Below, piece after piece: positions 14,901-28,600 of a DNA stretch of 64,000 nt (the first letter of the stretch is position 1; each line of letters opens with the position of its first letter). The DNA comes from Gordius albopunctatus. Lineage: Eukaryota. Made by a program: the position numbers and the translations under genes. The notes beneath the pieces were generated by a model. The model was not told the origin of the DNA, did not search any database, and saw only the letters and a list, made by a program, of their open reading frames with translations. The stretch is from NCBI GenBank assembly GCA_964276515.1, contig OZ193909.1:14322001-14386000 (forward strand). The letters run 5' to 3'.

Positions 14901-16656
14901 CGATACCTCCGCCATTGCACCTAAACAAGCGGCTTATCAATCGACAGATTCCATCGGCAATGTATATTATCATTGTTTGAACCACCTTAATTATTGAATT
15001 TTTCGTTTAGATCATCTATTGGCTGACGTGTATTCTGGAAGCTTTTTACAATCAGATTATCGGTTACCATGATAAAAGTCTTCCTTTTCTCAAGAACATT
15101 TTAACCCGAGTTCACAACGTTGTAATACATTTTTAAAGATTGGCGATTTCTTCAAAATTTTCCACATAATATATTATCTTTGAATCGTTGTAATCATTTT
15201 GTTTCATGTCTAAATGCATTTTCGCTGTTTATAGATCTTTAAACAATTCAGGCTTTTCTAAAATATGATCGGGTTTTTAAAAATGACTTAGCCTTATAGT
15301 GTTGTTGAATGTAATTTTTTACCTTATCGTAAATTCTGCATTCATTAACACTAATATAATTACATAAAAGTTATTTAGACACTTACACTTTGCGTTGTTT
15401 AGATAATAGTGTAAAATTTTACCAATTGCATAGCTTCCATCACTGTTCTTTTACTTGGGCCGTTGGTTATTATATAAGGATGACTTGCCTTTTATAGGTG
15501 GACATTAAAACAAACATTAACCAAAAAAATCTATGTAGGGCTTATCTTTTGATATTAATTTAATATATATTACGATAAACTAGCATAAAATTTTACATCT
15601 CGTTTATTGCTTTATGTTTCTATAATATAATTTTGTTGGCTCTTCTATTATGATGACGCTTTTTGCAGGAGAGGCGGCTCTCTCCCTCTAATTCAAAATT
15701 TTATGAAAATTTCAAAAAAGAATCAAAACGCCCCTTTTAATTTCATTGCTGGCTACGCCCATGGCTATATGCCACCCTAATTTCATCATCACTCTAGGGC
15801 CTTTAAAAGCTATAATTTCGGTTTTTATTAAACCATTACCTATCATCTTGCCTCTTTTACTACAGCTCGACATAATCGAAATGTCTCACCTATTGAAATC
15901 GCGCCTCTCCGACGTCGCCGAAAAAATCCATCAAACTCAACTACAATCTTCCAAACGCAAATTTGAAGATTCTAGCGGCGCCTACCTAGACACTAGCTCT
16001 CCCCTTCCCACCTCTAATTACAGCATCGAAATATTATATTTTTAAACTTGCCTGTCTTCAACCTCTCTCTCCTTCGCCATTATTAATCGAGTGCTCAAGT
16101 TATTTGTTATCAAACCTGGGTACATCGCCATACAACTTCTATATACATATGTACAATTGTGAGTTTTATTTGTTACGACGGCCATACATCCCGAGATCGT
16201 TGATTTAAGTCATTTTCGAGTCCGTGTTAACTCCTACCCCCCGTCGCGCATATTATAGAGTGTTTTAATTTTACCGCGTTCGCCGAATTATATCCTATAA
16301 TATGCAGGCATCAGTCGGTTAATAACGCAAACCGACTTTGATGCTTCCGTTAATCATTACTCATGAGTCATGTGTGTATAGAATAAACAACTCAAGTTTG
16401 TTGTGTTTATTACAATATTTTAACGTTGAGGCAAATTATAAACGATTATAACACGTTGACGTATAATATTTCTAAAATAAAATCAATAACTTTTGGTTTT
16501 TAAATAATTTTATAAAATGTGTTTTCCGCAAATTTTATAGGCAACTGCGCAAAAATATTTCGAATAAATCTATTAGTTGTTGAAAACAGCTATAATATCA
16601 TAGGTGATTTAAATTTATGGGTGTGTAATTGACATTAGAGTACACAGAACTATTCG

Positions 16657-19600
16657 CTAATTTTCTATGACGTCTACGAGCCAAAACGTCCTAATAGTTC
16701 CTTTGCCCTTTTTGTATGCAAAAAATAAAAATTTACAAAAAAGTAAATAACTACACGGTTTATAGGTGAACTAAAATTTAAGTACACAACGTATGAAATT
16801 AAAAACCTTTATTTCCATATCACCTCTCTCTTCGCACACAAAAATTTTGTGGGAGTCTAACAACGTTTTTGTCATTTGACTAATTTGAATTTTACCGCCT
16901 GCGAATAGAAATAGATTTAATTTACTATTTTGTCACTTTTGTTTAAATTTCCCAAAGTCTCGTCATATATAAGGGCCTGTTAATTATTTCTCATTCACAT
17001 CAAACTTGATCTATTAGTACAAAAGCTACTCTGAATTTGCACTATTTACCACATACCGAGTCGAATTTATCAATTACTATGGGATAAATGCAGATTTCTT
17101 AATAAAATAAACTCTAATCGTTCACAAATGGAGCACATCAAAAACATCCAAATTTACTTTATAAATTTAACATTTTATTATGAGTAAAAAATAAGATTAT
17201 TATTAAACGACAGGCTAAATGTTTGCAGCTTAATTTTAAGAGAATTAAAAAGACATTTTAGTTATTAATTTACCCACGCCACTCGATTCCATTCGTGAGG
17301 CTGTGTTTATGGTGTCGCCAAACAAGCAATATCGTGGAACAGCTACGCCCACTACTCCCGCTGCACAAGGGCCTAAAAGCATTATTAAAAAATTATTGTA
17401 CATAAATTACAGGCGTCTCATTTTCTATAATCGGGAATGTAAGGTTTATGAATGTAAAAATCGAAAAGTTATCGGTGCTCTAAATTAATGCATTCCGCCG
17501 CTACATTTTTTCAAAAAAAGCTGGAGCGCCCCTCCTTTTTAAAAAATAGGAGCGGGATTAGCTCCTTTTAGGGCTGGAAAATTATATTATTTTTTAAATA
17601 TTAATAAGTCCTGCCATTTTTAAACTCATTTCAAAATTAAATGAATTATCAGATTTATAGTTTTGCCAACCTCTTGTAAAGTCTCTCATCAGTGGTATTA
17701 ATAAAAGGTTTATAATAACCAAGCGCGTAGGGAAGGGAGGGTTTTCGGGTTTGAACCCCCCCTCCTCCTGGATATTATTTTTTTCCAAAACACAACACAA
17801 AATTATTGATAATCATGATTATAATTAATTTAGCTAGTGTCAAGTGCTGCGTTTATATTTATATATATGTGTTAAAAAATTAAGTCGACAAGTTAATAAA
17901 TTTTGAATTTCGGAATTTGTATTTTTGATTAAAATCTTCCAAACTGATCTTTTTTGTAAATTTAAGTTCCGCGCCTTATTATGAAGCGATATTCCATTTA
18001 TACATACTTCCCTAAAAAGAGTAACATTTGCATTTCTGAGGAGAAAGATACAAATAGTCTTGTCAAAAAAAATCACTGATTTTATATCAACCCCCAAAAG
18101 ATTTAATCTTTTCACTTCTAAAGTATTGTCATTGTCGGATAACCCTAAATTCACAAAATTAATATCACTGTGTGAAACTAGATGGACACAAAAGCACAAT
18201 TATGTTCAAAGATTCTGTGAAGCGAAGGAAGCAATATTTGCTACCTTGGAGGAGATGTGTGAATGGGACGATGAAGAATCATCGTCCAATGCGGCGATTT
18301 TGCTTTCATCATTAAGGACATCCAACTTTTGGCTGTCTTTGTACATGCTAAATCAAATTTTCTCTTACACTATTAATCTTAGCAATTATTTGCAAAGGAT
18401 TAATATAGACCTTTCTCAGGCCATAAATGCAGCCGAAAATGCGTTTATACAGATTCAACATTTGCGGGAAAATTCCCAAGAAGAATTTAGAACAATCTAC
18501 AATGATGTCTCGTCACTAGGAGATATATATGATTTCAAAATTACTATTCCTAGGAGAGCCTCACGACAAACTCTTCGTTCAAACATTGAAACATCTTGTC
18601 CAGAAACTTATTACAGAGTTTCGTTGTATAACTCCTTTTTAGATGCGGTTTTGGTGGAACTTGATGAAAGGTTTCTAAAAAACAAGCAAATACTGTTGGG
18701 ATCTGATTCCCTTCTAATTAAGTCCCCTGTCATGCTCTCAACAGAGATATTAAATAACTTTCTAAAATTGGCAAATTTTTATGAAGAAGATCTTGACGGC
18801 TCTCAAGAACAATTCAAATCGGATATTAAATTGTGGTATAAGTCGTTCAAGGACTGTGAATTAGAGAATTTGCCTACCAATGCTGCATTGGAAACATTAA
18901 CCAATCATGCGTCCAAATTAAAATTACATCCAAATATAAAAACAGTATACCATATTTTAGCCACACTCCCCGTTACCACATGCTCTAATGAGAGATGTTT
19001 TTCAACTTTAAAAAGACTAAAAACTTACCTCGGGAACACAATGGGACAAGAAAGGTAAATTAAATGGTTTTACTAATTTTTAATTTAGGCTTACCGGATT
19101 AACCTTGTTAAATGTACATAGACAATATACCCCCAAAACAGAAGATATTATTAATGCATTTTTATCTAAAAAACGTCGATATTAATTTTTTATAGTTTTT
19201 AAATATTTTGTTATATTATAATTTATTTTTGTTGTATTTTTACTTTAATTTCAATAATATATGTCGAAAATAAAATTACTTCCAAAAAAAATATGGCTTC
19301 AAAAGTTTTAAACCCCCCCCCCCTCTAGCAAGTCCTGGCTACGCCCTTGATAATAACACATAAATTATATCTATTTAAATAACTTTATTGCAGATTTCCA
19401 AATATTTATAATGATGATAATATTATTGCAGCGATTGTCTATCCTGCATTTAAACTGAATTGGGAATGGATAAAAGATCCAAAAAATATGGAACTAAAAG
19501 CCAGATTAATTAATCTTTTAAGGAAACAAATACCCGACGGAAAAATAGCTACAAATAGTTCACGGGAACCTTGTAATGATTTGGAAGATTTCCTTGGATT

Positions 19601-22600
19601 CCATGAAATCGATTACCATGAAAATAATATATTGGATAGATATTTTTTAATTAATGATAGCAAAATTAGTATTTTTGAACAATTCCATGAATTAAAAAAT
19701 ATTTATATTAAATACAATACCCCGCATCCCTCTAGTAGATTCTAATTTAGAAATTTTTTTTAATAAAAGATGGCATTAATTTTAAAATTATTGTAGTTTA
19801 TTTGCATTCTTTCAGAAAAACATGATATGGTTTTTCGGAAAAGGGGATTCGAAAGCATTTTAAAGTAAAAAGGGATTTGCCTCATAACATCCTTAAAAGT
19901 TAAAGATTTTACTTAGATGTAAATTTTAATCCGGGAGGGGAGACAGAGAGGAACTAGCCCTCTCTGTTTTGATTGAAAGCCGCTGGGTTCAAAATTTTGA
20001 ATTACTTATTAAATTAATTTCATATTTAATTTAGAGAATTTAAATGTTCTGTAATTTTACAAAGGAAAAACTAATCTAATTTTAACATTATCTTTTGTGA
20101 TTGCAGTTTAGCTCGATACCTAAACACTTTAAGGAAAATAGCATCCCAAAACTTTATAATTTGAAAAGGAAAGGGTCAGTTTATTAATATGACCCAAATT
20201 TTAATTTTGATATATGTGATTATAGATTAACTAGCATCGCAAAAAGCCTCAATTTTAGGCATCTTACTTAACATTGCAAACACCCATCGTTATTTTTCTA
20301 CTCCGTTCAAAGTTTAGATAAATAAGATATAGCTCATAAGTAAAGGACTTAAATAGATAAGCATTTTTAACACACAACGCCTAATGCGGCAAAAAAATAT
20401 ATTTATTCATATTCATGGGCATAACCAGAAATTTAACTAGAGGGGGAAATAATGATTTAGGGAGGGGCATAATGATAATTTTCTGAATTTTTTGAAGTGG
20501 CTTTAAGGGGGGCAGCCACCCCTTTTTGCTCTCCCTGGCTACGCCGATGTTCAAGGTTGTTTTATGCCATACATTAAGATTTAGGGGGTTACCTTAAACA
20601 AATAACCTGCTTCTAGAAACTTCTATACCTGAATGAATTCCAATCTTAATTTCTACAGCAATTTGCAAGTAATCGACCCTAATACCAGCTACCGATTTCA
20701 TAATATGTAAAGTCATCTTAGCTATTTCGCTTGAATGTTTATCTCCATTTCTAACGGGTAATCCCGAAGCAACCATGTATGAATCTCTAATTGTTTCTAC
20801 CTAAAAAATGTCAAAGTTCATATCTAAAAGTATATCTTGAACATGTTTAAAAAAATAAAATTTAAGTTACTCCTTAAATAATCAGGCAAACTAGAGTTGG
20901 CCTTTTAAATCGAAATATGATTTGTTTGAAGATATTGCAACTATAAAAATTACCTTTTAACTTATCCTTTTAAATTAAAACAGTTTATAAATATTAAGGA
21001 AAACTCCATTCGAAATTCGTTATCCCGCTTTTATTGTCCTCACATCTGTCCACTCAAAATTTGTTGTTCATAGGCCTATATTATACCAAACTTACTCGTT
21101 GTAGCCTATACCATATTATAAATATAAAAGTTTAAAATCTTAATTACGTCCAATAAATAAACCTAGAGAATGATCATTCAATAAAGTTTGATCACAAGAT
21201 TATAGATTGATTGAAATTTGTTTTTCCCCAAAATGATAAAATTTGCCTAATTTTATTAAGACCAAAGAAAATTAGCTCCTAAGGAATAAAAGGAAAAGCA
21301 AAAGGTTTAATGGTTGTGACTTAAAACTTTTATATTGCGGACGCGAATCTGCTCAAATAAGTAATTTAATTGTAAATATTTTTAAATATTTTGCAATTTT
21401 CAAAACTCAATTAAATTTTCATCAAATTATACCTTGTAGACATCGAACATTTCGGTTATGGCATCCATGATTGTGTAGAGTTGGTTAAGGAATTTAACGA
21501 TCTACATATGTTATGAAAATGGATGAAAAATTCTTTTACAAATTTCTGAATTTCTGGAACTTACCTTATTTGGTGAACTGCTTGTTGAGAATTCGAGAAA
21601 ATTGATCACTTCACTAAAGCAAACCGTTACACAATCAAACGATTCGGGAAACACTGTTTTACCCATTTTTAAGGCTTCCATTACAGGCCTATATGATATT
21701 ACAAATCCCAATAAATTCTAAACATACATGTGGCTTAATATTTTTATCATATTAATTTTTAGATTGTCTTAAGCTGAGCGTTGAAATCAATAATAAGATA
21801 GTTAAGTTTAAGTCTCTAGCCCGCTCTTAAAAAATTCGTAATGAGATTTTAGATTTGCTAAACGCTCTGCAAAATCAATTTTCTTCGGCCCAAACACTAC
21901 TTTTATTTTTAATTTGTCCGACTCGAGCCAATTTTTTATATAACTTTAAAGGCAAATTTTAAATTTCAAAAGTATTTCACCACCTATAATAGATTGAATA
22001 CTATGAACCTATCTTAAATCATTGCCTAACTCGTTAACTTGTTACTTCTTCACTCTAAATATATGGATAATAATAACAATCTTTATTTTTATCAGCCTCA
22101 TTCAAATTTCTAAGCTCTATTCTCAAAAAATAAATGTGAAGTGCTATGAGAATGCCTATGACCCACTTAGTTTTTCCAAGGTAATAATAGTGTCCTAAAC
22201 TATCCTTAACTTCGGTTACAAAATTAACAGCCTTAGCTTTACACAAAACTGGGTTTATGAATATGGGTTAAAATACTTTGGCAAAATTTGTAGCAAAATA
22301 GACTCTGTTTTATCCTTCTCCAAAACCAACGCATCCGATTTCTCCTTTATGACGTCTTCCAAATTTCTGTTGTAACTTTCCATACGGTTCAGTATATTAG
22401 TAACGTAATTTTCACTAACGTTTTCCCGCCGAAGTATCATTTTAAATTGTTGCTTGATGCAGTCAAAATCCGGTCGAGATTCGGGATTCTCGGACCAGCA
22501 CTTGTAAATTAATTGTCGTACATCTTTTGTACATGTCTCCTCCGGTATAATCGGTCTGTATGGTTGAATCATGGAATTGCTTGGGGCTGTAGTTATGCGG

Positions 22601-25600
22601 GCTATGATATCTTCTAGTTTAATACCATCAGCCCCGTCGTCCGTCATTTGTTGGTTAGCGGAATAAGGGGGACTCCTCAAAATAATTTCTTGGGCCACTA
22701 TGCCAAAACTGTAGATATCACCCTTTTTGGTACCTTTAAAAACATTGTTTCGAGTAAAATATGAATTTAGACTAGAATTTGTTCGTAAAAATTATGATGT
22801 ATATACAAAATATTAAAAAAGAGGGGATTTTCTATCTAAATTAATGGCATTTGACGGGATAGAGAGTTAAAAATTGATAATAGAATTCTATCTGAACGTG
22901 TGGATCAAACAGCGTTGTTGGTAGTGTATTTAATGAATATGCTTAAATTGATAGGTAATTCGAAGAAATATTTAATTAACATCACAGCCCAAACGATGAA
23001 TTCTGAGCCACATGGACTAACTTGCAATAACTTTTTCAATATTTTGTGGAAGTTTATAAAGATTTCAATAATTAATCTTTAATATTATCTGTAACATACC
23101 CAAGATTGGTGGAATTTCCATCCTCAAAAACTCCGGTGCCTCCCATAGCTTAAAGCTAAGATTTTTTAATTTCCTGTGCTTCTTTATGTAATTATGAGCC
23201 ATTAAGGAGCCTAGGCCAAAGTTGCAAATTTTGACGACGAAATTTGAATTAAGTAAACAATTGTCCGACCTTAAGTTCCCATGCAATTGTATGGGCGATT
23301 TGTGTAAATAATCCATTCCCTTATATAATAAAACAAATAAGGCCTATCTAAAATATCCACAATATGATTGAATTTTTTATGAACGCATCCCTCTGAAATT
23401 AATAAAGACCTCTTATGCTATTCAATGCTATGCCTCCATAGGTCCACCCCCCTTCTTGTGAAAATTTTAAAGCTATATAAATCGTTTAAATAGAAAATTA
23501 TGGCTTAATTTATTTTGCATAAATAAACTCACTAGACCTTGGTGTATTATTAACGGCAGTACAATGTCTAGGTAGATTCTACATCACAAGTAATAGACCT
23601 TGTAGAATGTACCTATACCTTAAATTTGCTCGTAATCAATTATTTATAGCATAATTGAATGTAGACCTTTCAAATGAATCTCCTTTTAATTTAAATAAGC
23701 AATTGGTTGATTGTAGAAAAAATATTTTAGCAATTAAAAAGCTGGTGATATTATCAATAAGAATAAACCAAATCTGTTGAAATGATTATTTATTATATTT
23801 AATATCCCGATGAATAAATAAGGTAACACAACCTAAGACGCCCAATTCCGTGTGCAAAAACTGGAGGGTTGGCGTTAGGTTAGAAACCGACTGTAAGAAC
23901 TAACTCCAAAATCATGCGAGTTTTAATTAAAACTTCACAACAGAAAGCTAGGACGTCCTCCACAAACGACGCGCACTGCATGTCCCACCCGTGCAATTTG
24001 AAAAATGCACTACAATTACCCTAACTTACAAGGAAGGAGATTAAGAAAATTAGTTGTGGAAAAAATTCTAATAGCGTGCTGGAATGTGGGATGGTTGACG
24101 GGAAGGAGCGCTGAGGTCGCACAAATGCTATGAAGAAGAAAGGTATACATCGCCTGCCTACAAGTGGTGAGGTAAGAATACATTCTATTCTATGGGTCAA
24201 AAAATTGTATAAACGAGGTCAATATCGTTGTGAGCAAATCATTCAAGGACAAGGTGGTGGAAGTCAACCGTTGTTACGACAGATTAATGTGGATGAATAT
24301 TACAGATCAAGGGGGCCTCCTAAGTGTTATGTGCGCGTGTGCTCCCCAAATTAGGTGTATGATAAGAGAAAGACATATTCTTAGATTCATTGGAAAAGGA
24401 AATACAAGGAATTGGACAGGAAGAAAGGCTAATTTTTGGGGCGGATTTTAACGCCCACGCAGGGAAAGATCACCTCGGGTATGAACGAAACTATAGAGGC
24501 TATGGGCATGGTCTGAAAAACAAAGAGGGGAAAAACTCTTGAAGTATTTTAAGCATACGACATGGAGATCGTTGACATTTATTTTCAAAAAAGCGAAGAT
24601 CATATTGTGACTTAAAAAAGTGGAAAGCATTTAGTCAAATTGACTATCTGCTCATACGGCCAAAGGACATATTAAGGACTGAAAAGTAAGACAGGGAGAA
24701 GAAATCGCCAGGCAATATAAAGGATATAAAAGAAACAGCGATTCGGTCTCTAGGATAGACCAAAAGAGGCAAAGCTGTGATATGGAGCCTTGAACACAGA
24801 TAAATCGTTTAAGGATTTCGACGAGAAAAATAAAAATCTATATAAATGGTGGAGGAAAAAGTTAGGATACAAATGGGAAAGGCTCAAAAGAGAAAAGCTA
24901 ATGGCGCAGATGAAATAACTAAAGAAGCATTGCTTGGATGCCGTGAAGAAGTCACGATCGTAAGGAGCCTCTTTAGCAAGATATTAGTAGAAGAGCGAAA
25001 TGCGGCAATTACAGAAGTATCAAGCTATGCCATTCATTGAAGCTTATGGAAAGGTTCTTAATAACAAGGCTGAAAAACGAGATGGAAATATCGGCTAACC
25101 AATTCGGATTTGTAACCGGTTTCTTGCGTTCGGACGACAGTTTGAGACTATAAACCTTTTCGGGTTGAAAATGGATTGAATCAAAGATCTGCACTGAGTC
25201 TCTTTTTATTTAATATAATAATATACAAGATAACGAGAGACATTGAAAAACCATCGCCATGGTGTATGCTATATGCCGATGATATAGTACTATACGAAGA
25301 GACAAAGGGAAAAATATTCGAAGAAACTAAAAAGTGGTCGAATGGCTTAGCTCGATATGGTGTAAAGGTCAACGATCGACAAACGTTATATATGGATATT
25401 AACGTTACCGGCACCGCAACTAGATGATCTTCCAAGGTACCCAAAAGTAGACACGACATCAAGAGGGAGGTTGCGCAATATAAGTCAATGCCCGCATTAT
25501 AAATGGCGAAGTATATCCGATGTAATGCGGGGCAAGAAAATGCCAATATGGTTAAAGAGCAAAGCTAATAAATCCATCGTAAGACCGCTGGTACCTATGG

Positions 25601-28600
25601 AAGTGAAACATGGGCTATTAAATAACACGGGAAAAAAGCTAATAGCAATGGACAATCGGAGCTTGGGGTATACTAAGCTCAACCATAAGCTTTCTCATGA
25701 CAAAAATGGGTATTCAACCTATGGCGGACATGATTAATGAAAATCGGCTTAGGTGGTATGGGCATATACTAAGAAGGGAGACAAATGATTCAAATTGCAA
25801 AGTACTGGACACGGAGGGGAAGAGAGGAAGAGAACGACTTCGTGTCACGTGAAAAGGGCAGTCGACAGATATTTGAAAAAAAGAAGATGGATTAAGACAT
25901 GGCACTTACCCAATGAGTATGGAAGAAACTCACCAAATCAAACCCCACGACTGTGTGACCAAATATTTGATAAAGAAGAAAATGTATAAATAAGGTCATG
26001 ATAAAGGATATTAAAATATTTCAAACATTATGATTGATTGTCATTATCTAGTTAAAATATTTATATCAAATTTATGCTATTTTTGCATTAAAATTTCAAA
26101 TAAAAATCTGTATTTGATTCTACTATTTATAATACAAACTTCATAATACTAAATTTTAGACACTAATTTTTGAACCACGCCAACTGCAAATAGAGTGCGT
26201 AAATATTAAAGATTTGAATATATAAGATTCTATTATCAAATCTACAAAAAGTTAATTAATTAATTCGGCGGTTTTTCAAATTTTTGGGCAACCTATAATT
26301 TTCATTGTGACAAAAAAATTGAAATTAAATTAAATATGCAACTATTTTTTTGACATTCGATTCCTAAAATTGTAAAAATAAATTATTAATATATAATCCT
26401 TACATTAATAATATCCATGATTATAGAGTATTTCATGTTAAGATCCATATCAATCTTACACCTAAAAAAGTTTTGTAAATTTCCTTTCGAACAATATTCA
26501 TTTATAATAGCGTTTTGTCCGGGTTTTAAAGAGAGACCGATAAATTGGATCAAATTGTCATGGTTGCTCGTTTTAAGGATACCATCAACTTCACTTAGTA
26601 ATTTACTGTCTAATTCAATATGGCCTTCGAAACCAATTCTTTTAATAAATATTTCATTTCCTCTATATATTCCCGTTTTCGATTTTGGATTTTTCCTTTC
26701 TGATGCTACTGTTGATATGCTTCCAATAATAGATGAGTTAGAAGGACAATAGAACATCTCCTAATATATTAAATAAAAATTTCATATTGATATACATGGT
26801 TTAGTTACGTAGGGTGTATTTGGCTTAACTTATAAAAGATTAGTTTTGTATAATGAATTGCGAATCGGTACACTTTATAGAAATCTTTGGAGACTTATCG
26901 TTGTCCCAAACGGAAGAACTGATGCAAAAAAGTAATGGAAAGAGATCTTCTATATAAAATTCACCAGCCTGCTACCTTAGATTTTAATTAGCAAATAAAA
27001 AACAAAACAGATTATTTACTAAATTGAAGAATTAGAATTCTTTGTAAAACTTTTGATTAGAATTCTTTCGCTAAAAACGTAATGGAGCTTACTTTTATAA
27101 TTATAAATTTTGCGCCGAAATAAAACATTCTGTACATAGGCGCTTAGTAGATTTAATTTATTTATTAATTATAAAGTGTTGTAGCATGGGCGTAGACACA
27201 CCCCCCCCCCCCACCCCCTAAATTACGAAAATAAAAATTTTTCAATGCAAAAACGTTAAAAATTAAAAAAATTATATTTTGCCCCCCTCTAATCGAACTT
27301 TTAAAAGTTTTGCCCCTCTCCTAATCCAAAACCTGGCTACCCCATGTGTTATAGTGCAAATTATTAATGCCGAAATTTTACTTTTATGTAGGTCTTGGAG
27401 TGACAGATGATTGACAAATCATAAATTTTATTTGTAATTTCAATATCATCAAAATTTATAAGCCATAAGCTCGGTGCTACCTTTTCAGTCTTCTTTTTCC
27501 TGATTATCGGTTATATTAAAAAAATTTATATAATTAAGAGGTACATTTTAATAAAATATATACCTTGATATGAATATTCCACCAATTATCAATGTGACAA
27601 ACAAAATCACCAAAAATGCTATTCCGAAAGAACTGTTAACATATTTGGGCTTTCCCAAGTTAGGTGTTCTTTCGCTAATAAAATTAGCTATATATTGGGT
27701 AAATTCTTGATTTTTTATAACCATCTCTTGATGGGGCATTGCATTTGTGGGATTAAATTTGTAGATTGGAATCAAATTTAAGTTTTGATCGTATATATTT
27801 GCAACGTAGTCGTACACTCTCTCTCCACGTTCATCAAATTTTATATTACCCGTTATGCCTTCGATATAAATCATATATTTTTAAATAAACTTCATAATAA
27901 TGAAACCATTTTGGTATAGTATATAATATATATTATAAATCAAACTCGTTTAAATATGCAGTGTAAAATTTTGAAAGTTAAAGAAAACGTCTCGTATAAA
28001 TACATAAAGGCCAAATATTAAAAAAAAAAATTTCAATCAAACTTTGGCCAGTGGTCATTTTTTTCAATGATCAGTAGTAAGCAGACGGCCAAATAGCCTG
28101 TATTTATAATATAGAAAAAAAGTTCGATCTACACTTTAGCCAGTGGTCATTTTTTCTAATGGTCAGCAGACAGCAGGCGGTCAAAAAGCTTATAAAAACA
28201 TAAGGGCCAAATATTAAAAAATGATAAAATTTTATAAAAACACTTTAGCCAGTGGTCATTTTTTACATTCATCGGTAGCCAGCAGACAGCCAAAAAGCCT
28301 ATATTGTTAATCTTATTAAGAAGAACAATATATTATCAATGCAAAATTTCGCTTAATAACAAAAAGAAAAAAATTCACAAGGCAGCAAATATACAATTAA
28401 AATAGCATTAACCAAATTAATAATTTTGGCGTTTGGCCGGGGTCAGATAAAGTAGAAGTAAGCAAGAGTTATGATAAATTTGCAGGGAATTATATAGCCA
28501 ATTTGGCAATCATCCGTTATAAAGCAACAACTTAGACAAATTGTCAAATAAAATTCACAAACAGCAAATATAAATAGCTATTAACCAGAATTTCGGCCTT

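Noticed and set aside
17840..18199. Minus-strand ORFs repeated at 40183-40404
   Set aside because: Antisense shadows of the duplicated hAT element.
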